Origin: Escherichia coli phage AZ21
Length of the DNA stretch: 64,000 bases
Sequence record: LC788708.1
Reading direction: 5' to 3' (one strand)
Below, one piece after another: positions 26,650-35,366 of the stretch. The translations under genes and the position numbers were made by a program. The first letter of the stretch is position 1. Each line of letters begins with the position of its first letter. A model generated the notes under the pieces. That model had not been told where the DNA came from. It searched no databases and worked only from the letters and a program-made list of their open reading frames with translations.

Positions 26650-27539
26650 TGGGATTTTATAGTAATAGAAAACCAAAAGGTGTAACTGGTAAATTCGCAG
26701 TTGAAGAAAGACCTTTTCCACCGGTCGATGTAGAGAAACTACGTGAACTTCTAGAAATGCTAGAAGGTTGCCATGAACGTTGTTATTCTGAACTCTCTTT
26801 AAATGAGAAACGTGTTGTTGAGATGTTCTGTATTCGTTCAGCTAGAACAGCTAAAGGTACTTCTCCAAAAGATGAAGTAAAAGAGTACAGAGTTCTAGTG
26901 ATGCATGCTTGGGCACAACGTTTTGCAGTTCATTCGCTTCAGGAATGGTTTAATCTTCCAGCCTATAAAGATTTTCATGTTTACGAAGATGAGGTTATGA
27001 ATTATAATGAGTTGTATGGTTTGTCCTTCAAAAAGACAGGCTCACCGATGCATGATGCACTCAATTCATTCCCTGATCATTACCTTCCAGTTCGTGAATA
27101 TAGAGATCGTGAAGGAAATAAACCCTGCTTCACTATTTGGAATAAGTCTAAGACGATATCTGATCTAGATAATTATTGGTTTCGCACAAAAGAAGGATTC
27201 CTAGGAACAGAACCTTTACCTAAGGATCTCAAACCTATCCTTCCGCCTGCGAAACCTAAACATGAAGTAACGATTGCTATTAATAGAATAATTCTAGGAG
27301 CAGATGATCTTACTAAACAAATCGCCGCAGTTATCGCAGTTCTGTTTGACGGTACAAATTCTTCTGCACGTTATGAGAAGCTAACGGATAACAAATTGCA
27401 GATACCTAACGAGTTGTATGAGAGTTCGTGCAAGATCTATGATAACTTTAGTAAAGTAGATTACCCCGTGAGATCCATTAAAGAACTCATGGAGTATGCG
27501 GAGATGGGGATGAAAGGAAATCTCATGTTCGATGAATAA
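26649..27539 (+). CDS. hypothetical protein
   Basis: 296 aa ORF, last gene before the repeat-rich gap. Confidence 0.5.
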   Translation: MGFYSNRKPKGVTGKFAVEERPFPPVDVEKLRELLEMLEGCHERCYSELSLNEKRVVEMFCIRSARTAKGTSPKDEVKEYRVLVMHAWAQRFAVHSLQEWFNLPAYKDFHVYEDEVMNYNELYGLSFKKTGSPMHDALNSFPDHYLPVREYRDREGNKPCFTIWNKSKTISDLDNYWFRTKEGFLGTEPLPKDLKPILPPAKPKHEVTIAINRIILGADDLTKQIAAVIAVLFDGTNSSARYEKLTDNKLQIPNELYESSCKIYDNFSKVDYPVRSIKELMEYAEMGMKGNLMFDE

Positions 27540-27546
27540 ACTCTAC

Positions 27547-27575
27547 TTGACGTTATGATTTCTGCATGTTATAAT
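27547..27575 (+). promoter_or_regulatory. sigma70 promoter firing into the non-coding repeat region
   Basis: TTGACG-17-TATAAT with no ORF downstream for about 1.8 kb. Confidence 0.55.
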
Positions 27576-27903
27576 AACTCTATGAAATAACATAGAATAA
27601 AGAGATCCACCCGGATACGGATGGTGGATGGGAAACTTCTATTTCCCCCGTAGCTTGTCGGAGGGCTAGGGAAATCTTAAGAAGTTTTGTACCATCTCAC
27701 GCAATTCGTATCCCAGGGGTGGAGCATCTCTTCCAATCTTTGGGGATCTTATACTTAAATTAAAGGTAAAACTTTTGGTCACATAATTTACATTCAAGAT
27801 GATACACTGGTTGCCGCCATTCTTCCTAGGATGGCACAACACTTTCTTCTAGACTCCTAAGTTTCTAGGAATACTAACTCTAGAGTTTACACTAAACTTT
27901 GAA

Positions 27904-28641
27904 TCGGATTCGCACATGCTCTAGGGCAGTTTTTCATCTACTATAAATATCCTAGGCCGGTTTTCCTATACAGGGCGGTTATGGGGAGGGCGGTTATTTC
28001 TAGACAATAAAATTTACTCTTGTCAGTCCAGAAATTACTGTCGGATTTGCACATTGTGTTTCTAGAAATTTATGGTCGGATTTGCACAATTGCCTAAGTT
28101 TTTAGGAACATATAATCTCCTGAAAATGGCAGCATTATTTCGGGCCGAAGGCCCATGATTGCCTGAGTTTTTTTAGAGACACAGAAATTTTCACTTGTCA
28201 AGCTATTTTGCCCCATTTTGCTAATAAAATTTTACTTTATCTCCCCTAATCTCAAATTAACCCAAATCTTCTCAACTCTTCTCCAAAATCCCCGCAAATC
28301 AGGTGCTCCGCACCAAACATGCGCCCCTCCCGTAGTTCCCCCAAGTTTCTCTCGATCTCTCAACTTCTCCCCAAACTCATACAATCACACACCCTCCAAT
28401 CGAAGTCACAAAAATCTTGTCGGATTCGCACAAATAAACCCATGTCGGATTTGCACATATTCTAGTTAATTCCACAGGATTGATGCGCAGCATCGGATTG
28501 CTGGAGTTTTTGGGAGAATTCATTGTCGGATTCGCACACTATAAAAATTTTTCGGGTCGGATTTGCACACTACCAAAAATTGTCGGATTCGCACATACAC
28601 GCCCACGCGTAATCCATGGGGGCAAATGTCGGATTTGCACA
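27904..28641 (+). repeat. array of 9 direct copies of GTCGGAT(T/C)(T/C)GCACA
   Basis: Copies at about 27904, 28040, 28075, 28419, 28444, 28525, 28557, 28582, 28628, same orientation, irregular spacing, non-coding. Confidence 0.8.
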
Positions 28642-28647
28642 AAAGCG

Positions 28648-28663
28648 CAGGGCAATTGCCCTG
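28648..28663. repeat. perfect 16-bp palindrome CAGGGCAATTGCCCTG
   Basis: Exact reverse-complement symmetry. Confidence 0.8.
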
Positions 28664-28705
28664 CTTGCCTGAATGCGAATGATAATGAGAATCATTTGCA
28701 TTTAA

Positions 28706-28858
28706 AAAGCGGAATGAGAATGATAATAATTCGCATTTAAGAATGGAAGTGAGAATTATTCAGGAAGTGAAACGATTCTCATTTAAAAAGTGAAACGATT
28801 CTCATTTAGAAAGTGAAACGCGAATGATAATGATTCGTATTTAAGAATGGAAGTGAGA
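28706..28858 (+). repeat. two about 42-bp direct repeats flanking a 23-bp tandem repeat
   Basis: ATGATAAT.ATTCG.ATTTAAGAATGGAAGTGAGAA at about 28706 and 28817; GTGAAACGATTCTCATTTA(A/G)AAA x2.5 at 28767-28822. Confidence 0.75.
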
Positions 28859-28874
28859 AACACTATTATTTAAG

Positions 28875-28964
28875 TTATCCACAGACTTATCAACAGCACG
28901 ATTTGACTTGACAGAATCCTAGCCATTTTGAGGCGTTATCAACAGACTTATCAACAGCTTATCC
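28875..28964. promoter_or_regulatory. DnaA-box cluster
   Basis: TTATCCACA at 28875-28883 plus three TTATCAACA variants within 90 bp. Confidence 0.55.
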
Positions 28965-28984
28965 TACTGTATAAATATACAGTA
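28965..28984. promoter_or_regulatory. LexA (SOS) box, near-consensus
   Basis: TACTGTATAAATATACAGTA, i.e. CTGT-N8(AT-rich)-ACAG, one spacer difference from the E. coli consensus. Confidence 0.6.
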
Positions 28985-29177
28985 TTCCTATGCAGTGAAT
29001 AATTCTAATATACAGCTAAAACGCTCTCAAACGCATTCTAACGCGTTTAATTTTGGTGGGGATACTAAAACAAGGGCAAAATTGGAGGAGGCTTGAAAAT
29101 TAGTTAGCTCGCTAATGATCACACACGGCGACACGTAACACCCTAACCATTAGCAGGCTAACCATCGCGGGCGTGGT

Positions 29178-29200
29178 CAAATGAGAATGATTCTCATTTG
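29178..29200. repeat. perfect inverted repeat CAAATGAGAAT-G-ATTCTCATTTG
   Basis: 11-bp arms around a single central base. Confidence 0.8.
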
Positions 29201-29350
29201 TGGATTGGGGGCGCTTCCTGATAGTTGCGCCCCGTGATTATTATAGTAGGGGGCAACCGTTACGCTTTGCCCACTCCCGCCACTCATCTTGGTGCCTAGA
29301 CTTGCGACGGCGTACTAAAAACCGCTTGTACCAGTGATTAAACCATCGTT

Positions 29351-29554
29351 TCATAAATCCTCCTCCGGTAGTCGATGCGTGATCTTTTCCTCCTCCCCAT
29401 AGGAATCCACCAAATACTGATAATAACCATCGTGATCATAAATCACTTTATCATATTCCCCACGCTCGACCGCTTGCCGATTTTCCAACGTATCAGGCAC
29501 AAAGAAAGTATCAACGGTAACAGTAGTTTTAGTTACAACAATTTTATCACTCAT
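29351..29554 (-). CDS. hypothetical small acidic protein
   Basis: 67 aa; last gene of tightly packed minus-strand operon; start overlaps upstream tiny ORF. Confidence 0.45.
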   Translation of the reverse strand: MSDKIVVTKTTVTVDTFFVPDTLENRQAVERGEYDKVIYDHDGYYQYLVDSYGEEEKITHRLPEEDL

Positions 29555-29680
29555 AATGCCATCGCCCCTAGAATGAGAATGATTATCAATATCATTGTGA
29601 AGCCATTACCAAATCGTAAACGCTGGGAATGTTTCCCAGCGGTATTATTAGACTTATGGCTTTGTGTTTTTCGCCACCAG

Positions 29681-29881
29681 CTATTCACGGTAGACGCTCC
29701 ATCCGTCTAGCTTCCATTCTTCCCCCTTGCGAATATTGAAAAACCAATCATTAAAATTGTAACCATCTTCTGACATGATCACGCCGTTTTCTTTCATGTA
29801 CAAAAATTCATCACTAGTAAAATATTGATTACTAACTTTAAAACCTTGTTTCATTTTTTCTAGTGCTTCATCTTTAGTCAT
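29681..29881 (-). CDS. hypothetical small acidic protein
   Basis: 66 aa; ATGA-type overlap with upstream gene. Confidence 0.45.
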   Translation of the reverse strand: MTKDEALEKMKQGFKVSNQYFTSDEFLYMKENGVIMSEDGYNFNDWFFNIRKGEEWKLDGWSVYRE

Positions 29882-30222
29882 TGCGCCACCTTTCGAAACG
29901 CTGTTTCAATACTATCCGCAGTGGATTGAATATATGCGCCTTTGAGTATCAGCCGCTCGGTGCATATCTTGCGAAAAATATTAATAAAATCGTCCTCATT
30001 TTCTGCGATTAATGCCTCACCCATAACCTGAACGTCGCAAGATGCAAAGGTCAAAAATTGAAACGCTAGTTCACGGGCAACGACCGCATTGATTTTATAA
30101 TGCGCCTTGCCTTCATAGATATTAATAACGCCCTTATAAGCTGGCGAAAGCTGATTTAAGTAGTTTGCTAATAATGCCGGACGGCAATTAGCAACAAAAC
30201 GATTGCCCTCATAAATAACCAT
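29878..30222 (-). CDS. hypothetical protein
   Basis: 114 aa, minus-strand operon member. Confidence 0.5.
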   Translation of the reverse strand: MVIYEGNRFVANCRPALLANYLNQLSPAYKGVINIYEGKAHYKINAVVARELAFQFLTFASCDVQVMGEALIAENEDDFINIFRKICTERLILKGAYIQSTADSIETAFRKVAQ

Positions 30223-30349
30223 TTGATAGTCTCCCGATTAGATAGCCAGATAATAACATAAAGATCCCCAATAAAAGAGGATCATTCTTAAATAAGGTGG
30301 CGGTAAAACCGCCAACCATTGCAAGGAGAATAACAATAATGCTTTTCAT
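30209..30349 (-). CDS. small membrane protein (46 aa)
   Basis: MKSIIVILLAMVGGFTATLF hydrophobic ORF; ATG overlaps stop of upstream gene (ATGA) and its stop overlaps next start. Confidence 0.3.
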   Translation of the reverse strand: MKSIIVILLAMVGGFTATLFKNDPLLLGIFMLLSGYLIGRLSNGYL

Positions 30350-30558
30350 AGTACCCCACGAAACGCAGCGTAAAAGGTGGCAAAGTGTTTAACTGTTTCA
30401 GCAATCACGTTGCCGCGCTTATCAAATTTCTTTTCTGTAACACGAAAGGCATTTTTATTACGTGCTACATATTCGATTTTACAATCTTCCCGCTCGAACG
30501 TGTTAACATCCACCAGCTTAAAGCCTTTCGAACGTGCAAGAGAAACGTTGCGGATCAT
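30346..30558 (-). CDS. hypothetical basic protein
   Basis: 70 aa ORF in minus operon. Confidence 0.45.
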   Translation of the reverse strand: MIRNVSLARSKGFKLVDVNTFEREDCKIEYVARNKNAFRVTEKKFDKRGNVIAETVKHFATFYAAFRGVL

Positions 30559-30560
30559 TT

Positions 30561-30743
30561 TTATTCCCCTTTACTAGTCATGCAGCCCAGCAGATAAGAA
30601 AATACAGCGATGCCAGCACCAATAGTAACCATTGGTTTTATATTTACTAAACCGCAATAGGAATCCTGAATACCATAAGCGGTGGCGAAAAGAGTCAAAA
30701 TAGCGCCCAAGATACCCGCTAAAATAGCTCGAAAAATAACCAT
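30561..30743 (-). CDS. small membrane protein
   Basis: 60 aa with two hydrophobic helices; preceded by GGGGCG-loop-CGCCCC hairpin. Confidence 0.45.
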   Translation of the reverse strand: MVIFRAILAGILGAILTLFATAYGIQDSYCGLVNIKPMVTIGAGIAVFSYLLGCMTSKGE

Positions 30744-30792
30744 TTGTAATACTCCTCTAGTTAGTGGGGCGAAAGTAACGCCCCGTTATTAA

Positions 30793-31023
30793 TTACATTA
30801 AAATAATTTTTGCCGCTTGTTTTTTGGTACAGTGTTCCGCTTTCAGGGTGTCCAGCAAAAAGCCCGCCGTTTGCTGATCGATTTTATCGGCATTATATAG
30901 TTCTTGGATGGTGTTATAAGTTTTAGCAATGCCGTATTCTTGTACCATTTCTTGAATAATCCAGCGATTTGATACCCAGCCTTTACCAGTGAAAAGAGCG
31001 TCAGAAGAAGAGTAAGCAACCAT
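30793..31023 (-). CDS. hypothetical protein
   Basis: 76 aa from ATG with RBS GGAGGCTTAAAATG (minus strand); longer track ORF lacks RBS. Confidence 0.45.
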   Translation of the reverse strand: MVAYSSSDALFTGKGWVSNRWIIQEMVQEYGIAKTYNTIQELYNADKIDQQTAGFLLDTLKAEHCTKKQAAKIILM

Positions 31024-31086
31024 TTTAAGCCTCCAAATTTTTGGGAAAATTTTCAACCGTCCTCAAACGGTGTAAAGGCATTATAA

Positions 31087-31115
31087 CAAAAAAGGCCGCC
31101 ATAAAAGGCGACCTT
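31087..31115 (-). terminator. rho-independent terminator (minus strand)
   Basis: AGGTCGCC-loop-GGCGGCCT hairpin followed by TTTTTT on minus strand, right after the stop of 31130-31624. Confidence 0.5.
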
Positions 31116-31129
31116 TACAAAACTTTACA

Positions 31130-31624
31130 TTAAACTACTTGTAAGGATTCAATATTGAAACATCGTTTCAGTTCGTCATGCAAAACGGCATATTCATCCC
31201 ATCGGGTACTATCAGGAATATAAACAAGCTGTTTTAATCGGTTTGCATATATTACCGCTTTGTTATCAATTATCTCGACGCCACCATATTTAATAATTAA
31301 TTTCATGACGGAATTAATAGGATCGCCGCCGTTTACATATGCGCCGGATTTACTTAATTGATAATGATAAAGGCTTGCATATACGTTTTCATTTTCATAC
31401 CATTCGCCAGTCTCTTCGTCTTCATAGCCATCGCTACCAAAACGAGAAGCATTATCAACAGCCATTTCATGAGCAAAAGCGTCCAGATCCGTACCAGCAG
31501 GAACAAAATATTCCTCGGTATTCCCTTCCCCGCAATAGCCAGTATGACAATCGACTAAAATGATCATATCATGTTTAGCCTTGCTCACTTCCCCTAGCGA
31601 GAAGCCGTATTTTTCTTCTAACAT
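31130..31624 (-). CDS. hypothetical acidic protein
   Basis: 164 aa from ATG with RBS GGAGAC; acidic run DGYEDEETGEWYENENVY. Confidence 0.5.
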   Translation of the reverse strand: MLEEKYGFSLGEVSKAKHDMIILVDCHTGYCGEGNTEEYFVPAGTDLDAFAHEMAVDNASRFGSDGYEDEETGEWYENENVYASLYHYQLSKSGAYVNGGDPINSVMKLIIKYGGVEIIDNKAVIYANRLKQLVYIPDSTRWDEYAVLHDELKRCFNIESLQVV

Positions 31625-31688
31625 AATTAGTCTCCTATTAATTAACAAGGAAATAGTAAAGCGGGGAAATAATCCCCGCTAGATATTA

Positions 31689-31922
31689 TTACTCGTTTTC
31701 GGTGTTAGTGGTAAAAGTAGAGATATCGATACCTTTTACCATTTCATCGATCATCTCAGCGATGTTAAAACTTTGCACCATTTCTAACATTGCCGCTTCC
31801 ATAGCCGCCCCTGCTACCGCTTTCGCTTTCTGATTAGTCGGGGCGTACTGGTCAACCGCTACACTCAGCAGGTTAGCGATCACTACACGACCAATCGGCG
31901 TATCAATATAGCCTTTGATCAT
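31689..31922 (-). CDS. hypothetical protein, possibly C-terminal part of a frameshifted gene
   Basis: 77 aa ORF overlapping end of 31903-32694 by 20 nt; reachable by +1 shift at an A7 run. Confidence 0.4.
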   Translation of the reverse strand: MIKGYIDTPIGRVVIANLLSVAVDQYAPTNQKAKAVAGAAMEAAMLEMVQSFNIAEMIDEMVKGIDISTFTTNTENE

Positions 31923-32694
31923 AAACGGTGCTTTTTTTAGCCGCTACTTTCGTGATTTGAGTTAGTGCAATTTTACCAGCTTCCAGTTTTGCAGCGTTTA
32001 CAACAGCGGATTTATTAGCGGCAACGATATTAGCGATCTTGGTCATGGTATTTTTTCCTTTGTTTTCAGTAGTTTGAGTATTAACGCTTTGAGTGTTAGA
32101 GCTTACAACCTGTTTTTCAATATTGTCAACTGGTTTTAGTGTAAATCCAGCATTTGCAACGTTTGATTCATTCCCATACTCTAAATAATCACTAGGGATC
32201 AACATGTTGCCACTAGCGCGTTCAAAACATAACACGCCAGTTGTAGAAATTACATTACTATCAGCACTTTTGTAATTAGCTGATAGTTCACGCCAAATGC
32301 TAGTTAATAACGATCCGACACTATCAGTCCTGATATTACTTACTTTTGTTGCTGTTACTTGCTCTTTTTCTTGCACGTTATATAATCGCGCAATGTAACC
32401 ACTATTAGATTCACTATAACCAACAATGATAAAATCAATATCTCTTCCACGTTGATTGCGGAAAATGTGATAATCACGGTTGAAAATTACTAGCGCCCTT
32501 TTCTGGTCTAGTAATTGTGTGAAATCTTCAACTGAATAATGAGTACCCTCATCGTCTAAAATTCTATCATGAATCTTTTCGATAATAGTAGCGGTATGCT
32601 GTACGCTTGCCGCGCTACTACCCTCTAACAGATTGCGCAAACTGCCTTTAATAATAGTGGCGTTTGCTGGTACTGCAATTCTTACAGTAGACAT
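31903..32694 (-). CDS. hypothetical protein (first gene of minus-strand operon)
   Basis: 263 aa ORF, Ser/Thr/Asn-rich middle, Ala/Lys-rich C-terminus; ends just after A7 homopolymer. Confidence 0.5.
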   Translation of the reverse strand: MSTVRIAVPANATIIKGSLRNLLEGSSAASVQHTATIIEKIHDRILDDEGTHYSVEDFTQLLDQKRALVIFNRDYHIFRNQRGRDIDFIIVGYSESNSGYIARLYNVQEKEQVTATKVSNIRTDSVGSLLTSIWRELSANYKSADSNVISTTGVLCFERASGNMLIPSDYLEYGNESNVANAGFTLKPVDNIEKQVVSSNTQSVNTQTTENKGKNTMTKIANIVAANKSAVVNAAKLEAGKIALTQITKVAAKKSTVYDQRLY

Positions 32695-32960
32695 TTTATT
32701 TTGTCTCCCTCGTTAATCGGTGAGTGAATGATAAGGGTAATTTTCTAGCATAGGCAAATATTATTTTACTTTTTTATTTTCCTTGCCTAGCGTCTAATTT
32801 TATGCTAACCGCGCAGCGGTGCAATAAAGAGCAAACCACGGCGAAGCCACCAGCCCGACGCATTGAGGCTTTACTTTAATATTACCTTACAGCGTTTAGC
32901 TCGTTAGAATGCGTTTTGGGCCACTTAAAATTGATTGCAGTTGTTAACACTACCTTTCTA

Positions 32961-32980
32961 CCCTGTATATTTATACAGTG
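32961..32980. promoter_or_regulatory. LexA (SOS) box
   Basis: CCCTGTATATTTATACAGTG with perfect CTGT-N8-ACAG core, about 270 bp upstream of the first minus-strand gene. Confidence 0.55.
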
Positions 32981-32988
32981 GAATAACC

Positions 32989-33397
32989 TGTGGATAAGTC
33001 TGTGCAAAAGTCCTTATATCACCGCCTATCGTGTCAAGTTATTTTGTGCTGTGGAAAACATTGTGGATAACTTAAATGATAGTGCTTCTCACTTAGGCTA
33101 ATGATTTCTTATAGTTATTATTTCTCATTAATTTATAAGTATATTATATATTATCAAATAGTTAGTTGGCTAATGAGATTTTCCGTGATTAATAGTCTGC
33201 TAATAATTCAGGTCGTTACAATCCACCAGCATGATTATCATTCTAGCAATTATTAGTCTGCTATCTTTCCGATACATACTAACAAATAAAAGTCAATTAA
33301 TTTATTTCATAAAATAAGTAGTTATCCACTGGAAAATAAAAGTCAAGTGGATAACTAGGAAAATTTCATTTTTGCTTTTGGGGATAAGTTATCAACA
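32989..33397. promoter_or_regulatory. DnaA-box cluster
   Basis: TGTGGATAA at 32989 and 33062, TTATCCAC at 33322, GTGGATAA at 33347, TTATCAACA at 33389. Confidence 0.55.
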
Positions 33398-33799
33398 AGG
33401 CTAGAATGCGCCTAAAACGCTCCAGAACGCGATGAAGTTTTTAGCCACCCCATCATAAGGGGATAGGCCGTTTATCGCTGCCACGAGCTTTTTAGATTTT
33501 GTCAAGTAGGGGAAAGCAAATATAAATGAAAAAATTACTTGCCTATTTGCTTTATTTTGTGGTATTCGCGCCCGTTTCTTTTAATTTTAGGCCGTCGCCG
33601 GACGTGGTGCGGTGAATTTTGTCTTTACGTTTCTTTACAAAAATAAGGTTGCGCCATTTTCGGGAATCCCCTATTATTTATCACGTAGGGCGGCAATGAC
33701 GAACTACACGGCGGGAAGTTTACCGCCACGCTCTTTAAAAATTGGGTACATCTTAAAGCCTATCGGCGGTAAACTTATTTATTATAAGGAATCGACGAT

Positions 33800-34012
33800 A
33801 TGAAACAAACTTTATTGATCACTGGCAAGCCTATTAAGGCACTAGATAGCAAAACAAAAAATTTGTTGACAGTAGCGCAAAGATCGGTAAAATACCGATT
33901 CACGCAGTACAAGAAAGACCGCCAGCAAGGTTTAGAAATGATCTGGCGAAACATTATGATTGACTTGAAAGAAAATCATAAAAAACTGCAAAAAAATTAT
34001 TTGACAACCTAG
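33800..34012 (+). CDS. hypothetical ORF (doubtful)
   Basis: 70 aa ORF but contains internal TTGACA-17-TAAAAT promoter-like sites; may be non-coding. Confidence 0.2.
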   Translation: MKQTLLITGKPIKALDSKTKNLLTVAQRSVKYRFTQYKKDRQQGLEMIWRNIMIDLKENHKKLQKNYLTT

Positions 34013-34233
34013 CCGATAGGTTTTAAGATGTACCCAGTTCGATAAGAGCGATAACTTGATAAAATTTGACGGTCGGTGCTTACCATAATGCGCCCCGCCC
34101 CCTAACGGGATATAGCGGCCTACGTGGAGTTCTTTAAATTGATTATAGCGGCGAGAGGATTGTTACTTATTACCTGCTAGTATTTTCTAGTAGGTAATAA
34201 GTAACAATCCATCAAATAACTGGAGTTTATATT

Positions 34234-34485
34234 ATGCAAAACGTTATTACCGCGCCTAAAATTGGTCAATCCGTCTTTATTCCTTTCGTTACTAAAACGG
34301 ATGAATTAACCGGAAAGGCCGAACGTATTAAAGGTGCGGCGCTTATGCCGTTCGATACAATCGACGCGGTATATGCTGAAAATGAACGCAGTAACAACGG
34401 CAAGCCCGTTTTTAGCGTTCGCGTTAAATCCGGCGATGTTGTAAAGGTTGTTCAACGCAACGAAAAATGGGAAGCTGTGTTGTAA
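34234..34485 (+). CDS. pre-early hypothetical protein
   Basis: 83 aa, RBS AACTGGAGTTTATATTATG; followed by perfect 9-bp hairpin. Confidence 0.5.
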   Translation: MQNVITAPKIGQSVFIPFVTKTDELTGKAERIKGAALMPFDTIDAVYAENERSNNGKPVFSVRVKSGDVVKVVQRNEKWEAVL

Positions 34486-34583
34486 TTTAGTGTTAACTTT
34501 ATATCCCCCTTATTTCAGGGGGATATAACGATTAACATTAAGTTAATCTAATCCCTTAAATTAAACTAATAGGAGTTTTTACC

Positions 34584-34991
34584 ATGACTAACGCAAAAAC
34601 CGCAAAATTCGCATGGAATGAAGAAAACACTCAGAAAGCTGTTACCATGTACCAGCAGTTAATCAACGAAAACGGTTTAGATTTTGCAAATAGCGACGGC
34701 CTGAAAGAGATTGCAAAAGCAGTAGGCGCGGCCTCCCCCGTATCCGTTCGGTCAAAATTGACCAGTGCAAAAGCCTATCAAAAAAGCGATAAGCCGCGTA
34801 AAGTTGGCGGCGGTAGCTCTGTGCGTAAAGCTCACTATGTGCGAGTAATTGCAAAACACGCTATCGATTCCGGTATTATCAAAGACGCCGATGATCTGGC
34901 AAGCCTTGAAAGTGCTAAACTGGAAACGCTGGACGCGGTGGCGCAACTGTTAGGCGTTGCCGATGAAGTAAAACAAGCCGTAGGTGAATAA
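34584..34991 (+). CDS. pre-early hypothetical protein
   Basis: 135 aa, RBS AGGAG; followed by GCCCCCT-loop-AGGGGGC hairpin. Confidence 0.5.
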   Translation: MTNAKTAKFAWNEENTQKAVTMYQQLINENGLDFANSDGLKEIAKAVGAASPVSVRSKLTSAKAYQKSDKPRKVGGGSSVRKAHYVRVIAKHAIDSGIIKDADDLASLESAKLETLDAVAQLLGVADEVKQAVGE

Positions 34992-35081
34992 TAGTTATAC
35001 CTTGCCCCCTTCTAGTGAGGGGGCACTAATATAACTGTTTAGCGATAGTTATTTTCTTCCCTTAAATCAGGAGTTTTAAAA

Positions 35082-35279
35082 ATGGTTTTCTTCCCTACTG
35101 AATCTTTGATTCTAGGCTTGTTTATTATGGCGGCCTCATTATTGTTCGCTTATTTTCAGAATGATTTAGATTCGTATTATTTTAAACGTAAATCTAAATT
35201 AGCAAAACGTTTGGGCTTGCTTTGTTTTATCGCTGCCGTTGCCTGTGGTGTTAGTTCGAGTCTAGTACCATTAAATTAA
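35082..35279 (+). CDS. small membrane protein
   Basis: 65 aa with two hydrophobic helices; RBS AGGAG. Confidence 0.4.
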   Translation: MVFFPTESLILGLFIMAASLLFAYFQNDLDSYYFKRKSKLAKRLGLLCFIAAVACGVSSSLVPLN

Positions 35280-35366
35280 TGTTGCAAATTATAACGCCTA
35301 TTATTCGAGGCGTTATATTTGGCAATATTGCCATTATTAACCTAATCCCTTTAATGGAGTTTTATT

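Noticed and set aside
27904-28641. Possible CRISPR array from the repeated GTCGGATYYGCACA motif
   Set aside because: Repeats are only 14-16 bp, spacing is highly irregular (25 to 345 bp), and there are no cas genes or leader.
28218-28740. ORFs 28218-28469 and 28480-28740 from the six-frame track
   Set aside because: They lie inside the repeat region, lack RBS, and have low-complexity translations driven by the repeats.
32916-33101. ORF 32916-33101 and ORF 33612-33803
   Set aside because: They overlap LexA/DnaA-box and promoter-like sequence, lack RBS, and read as regulatory DNA.
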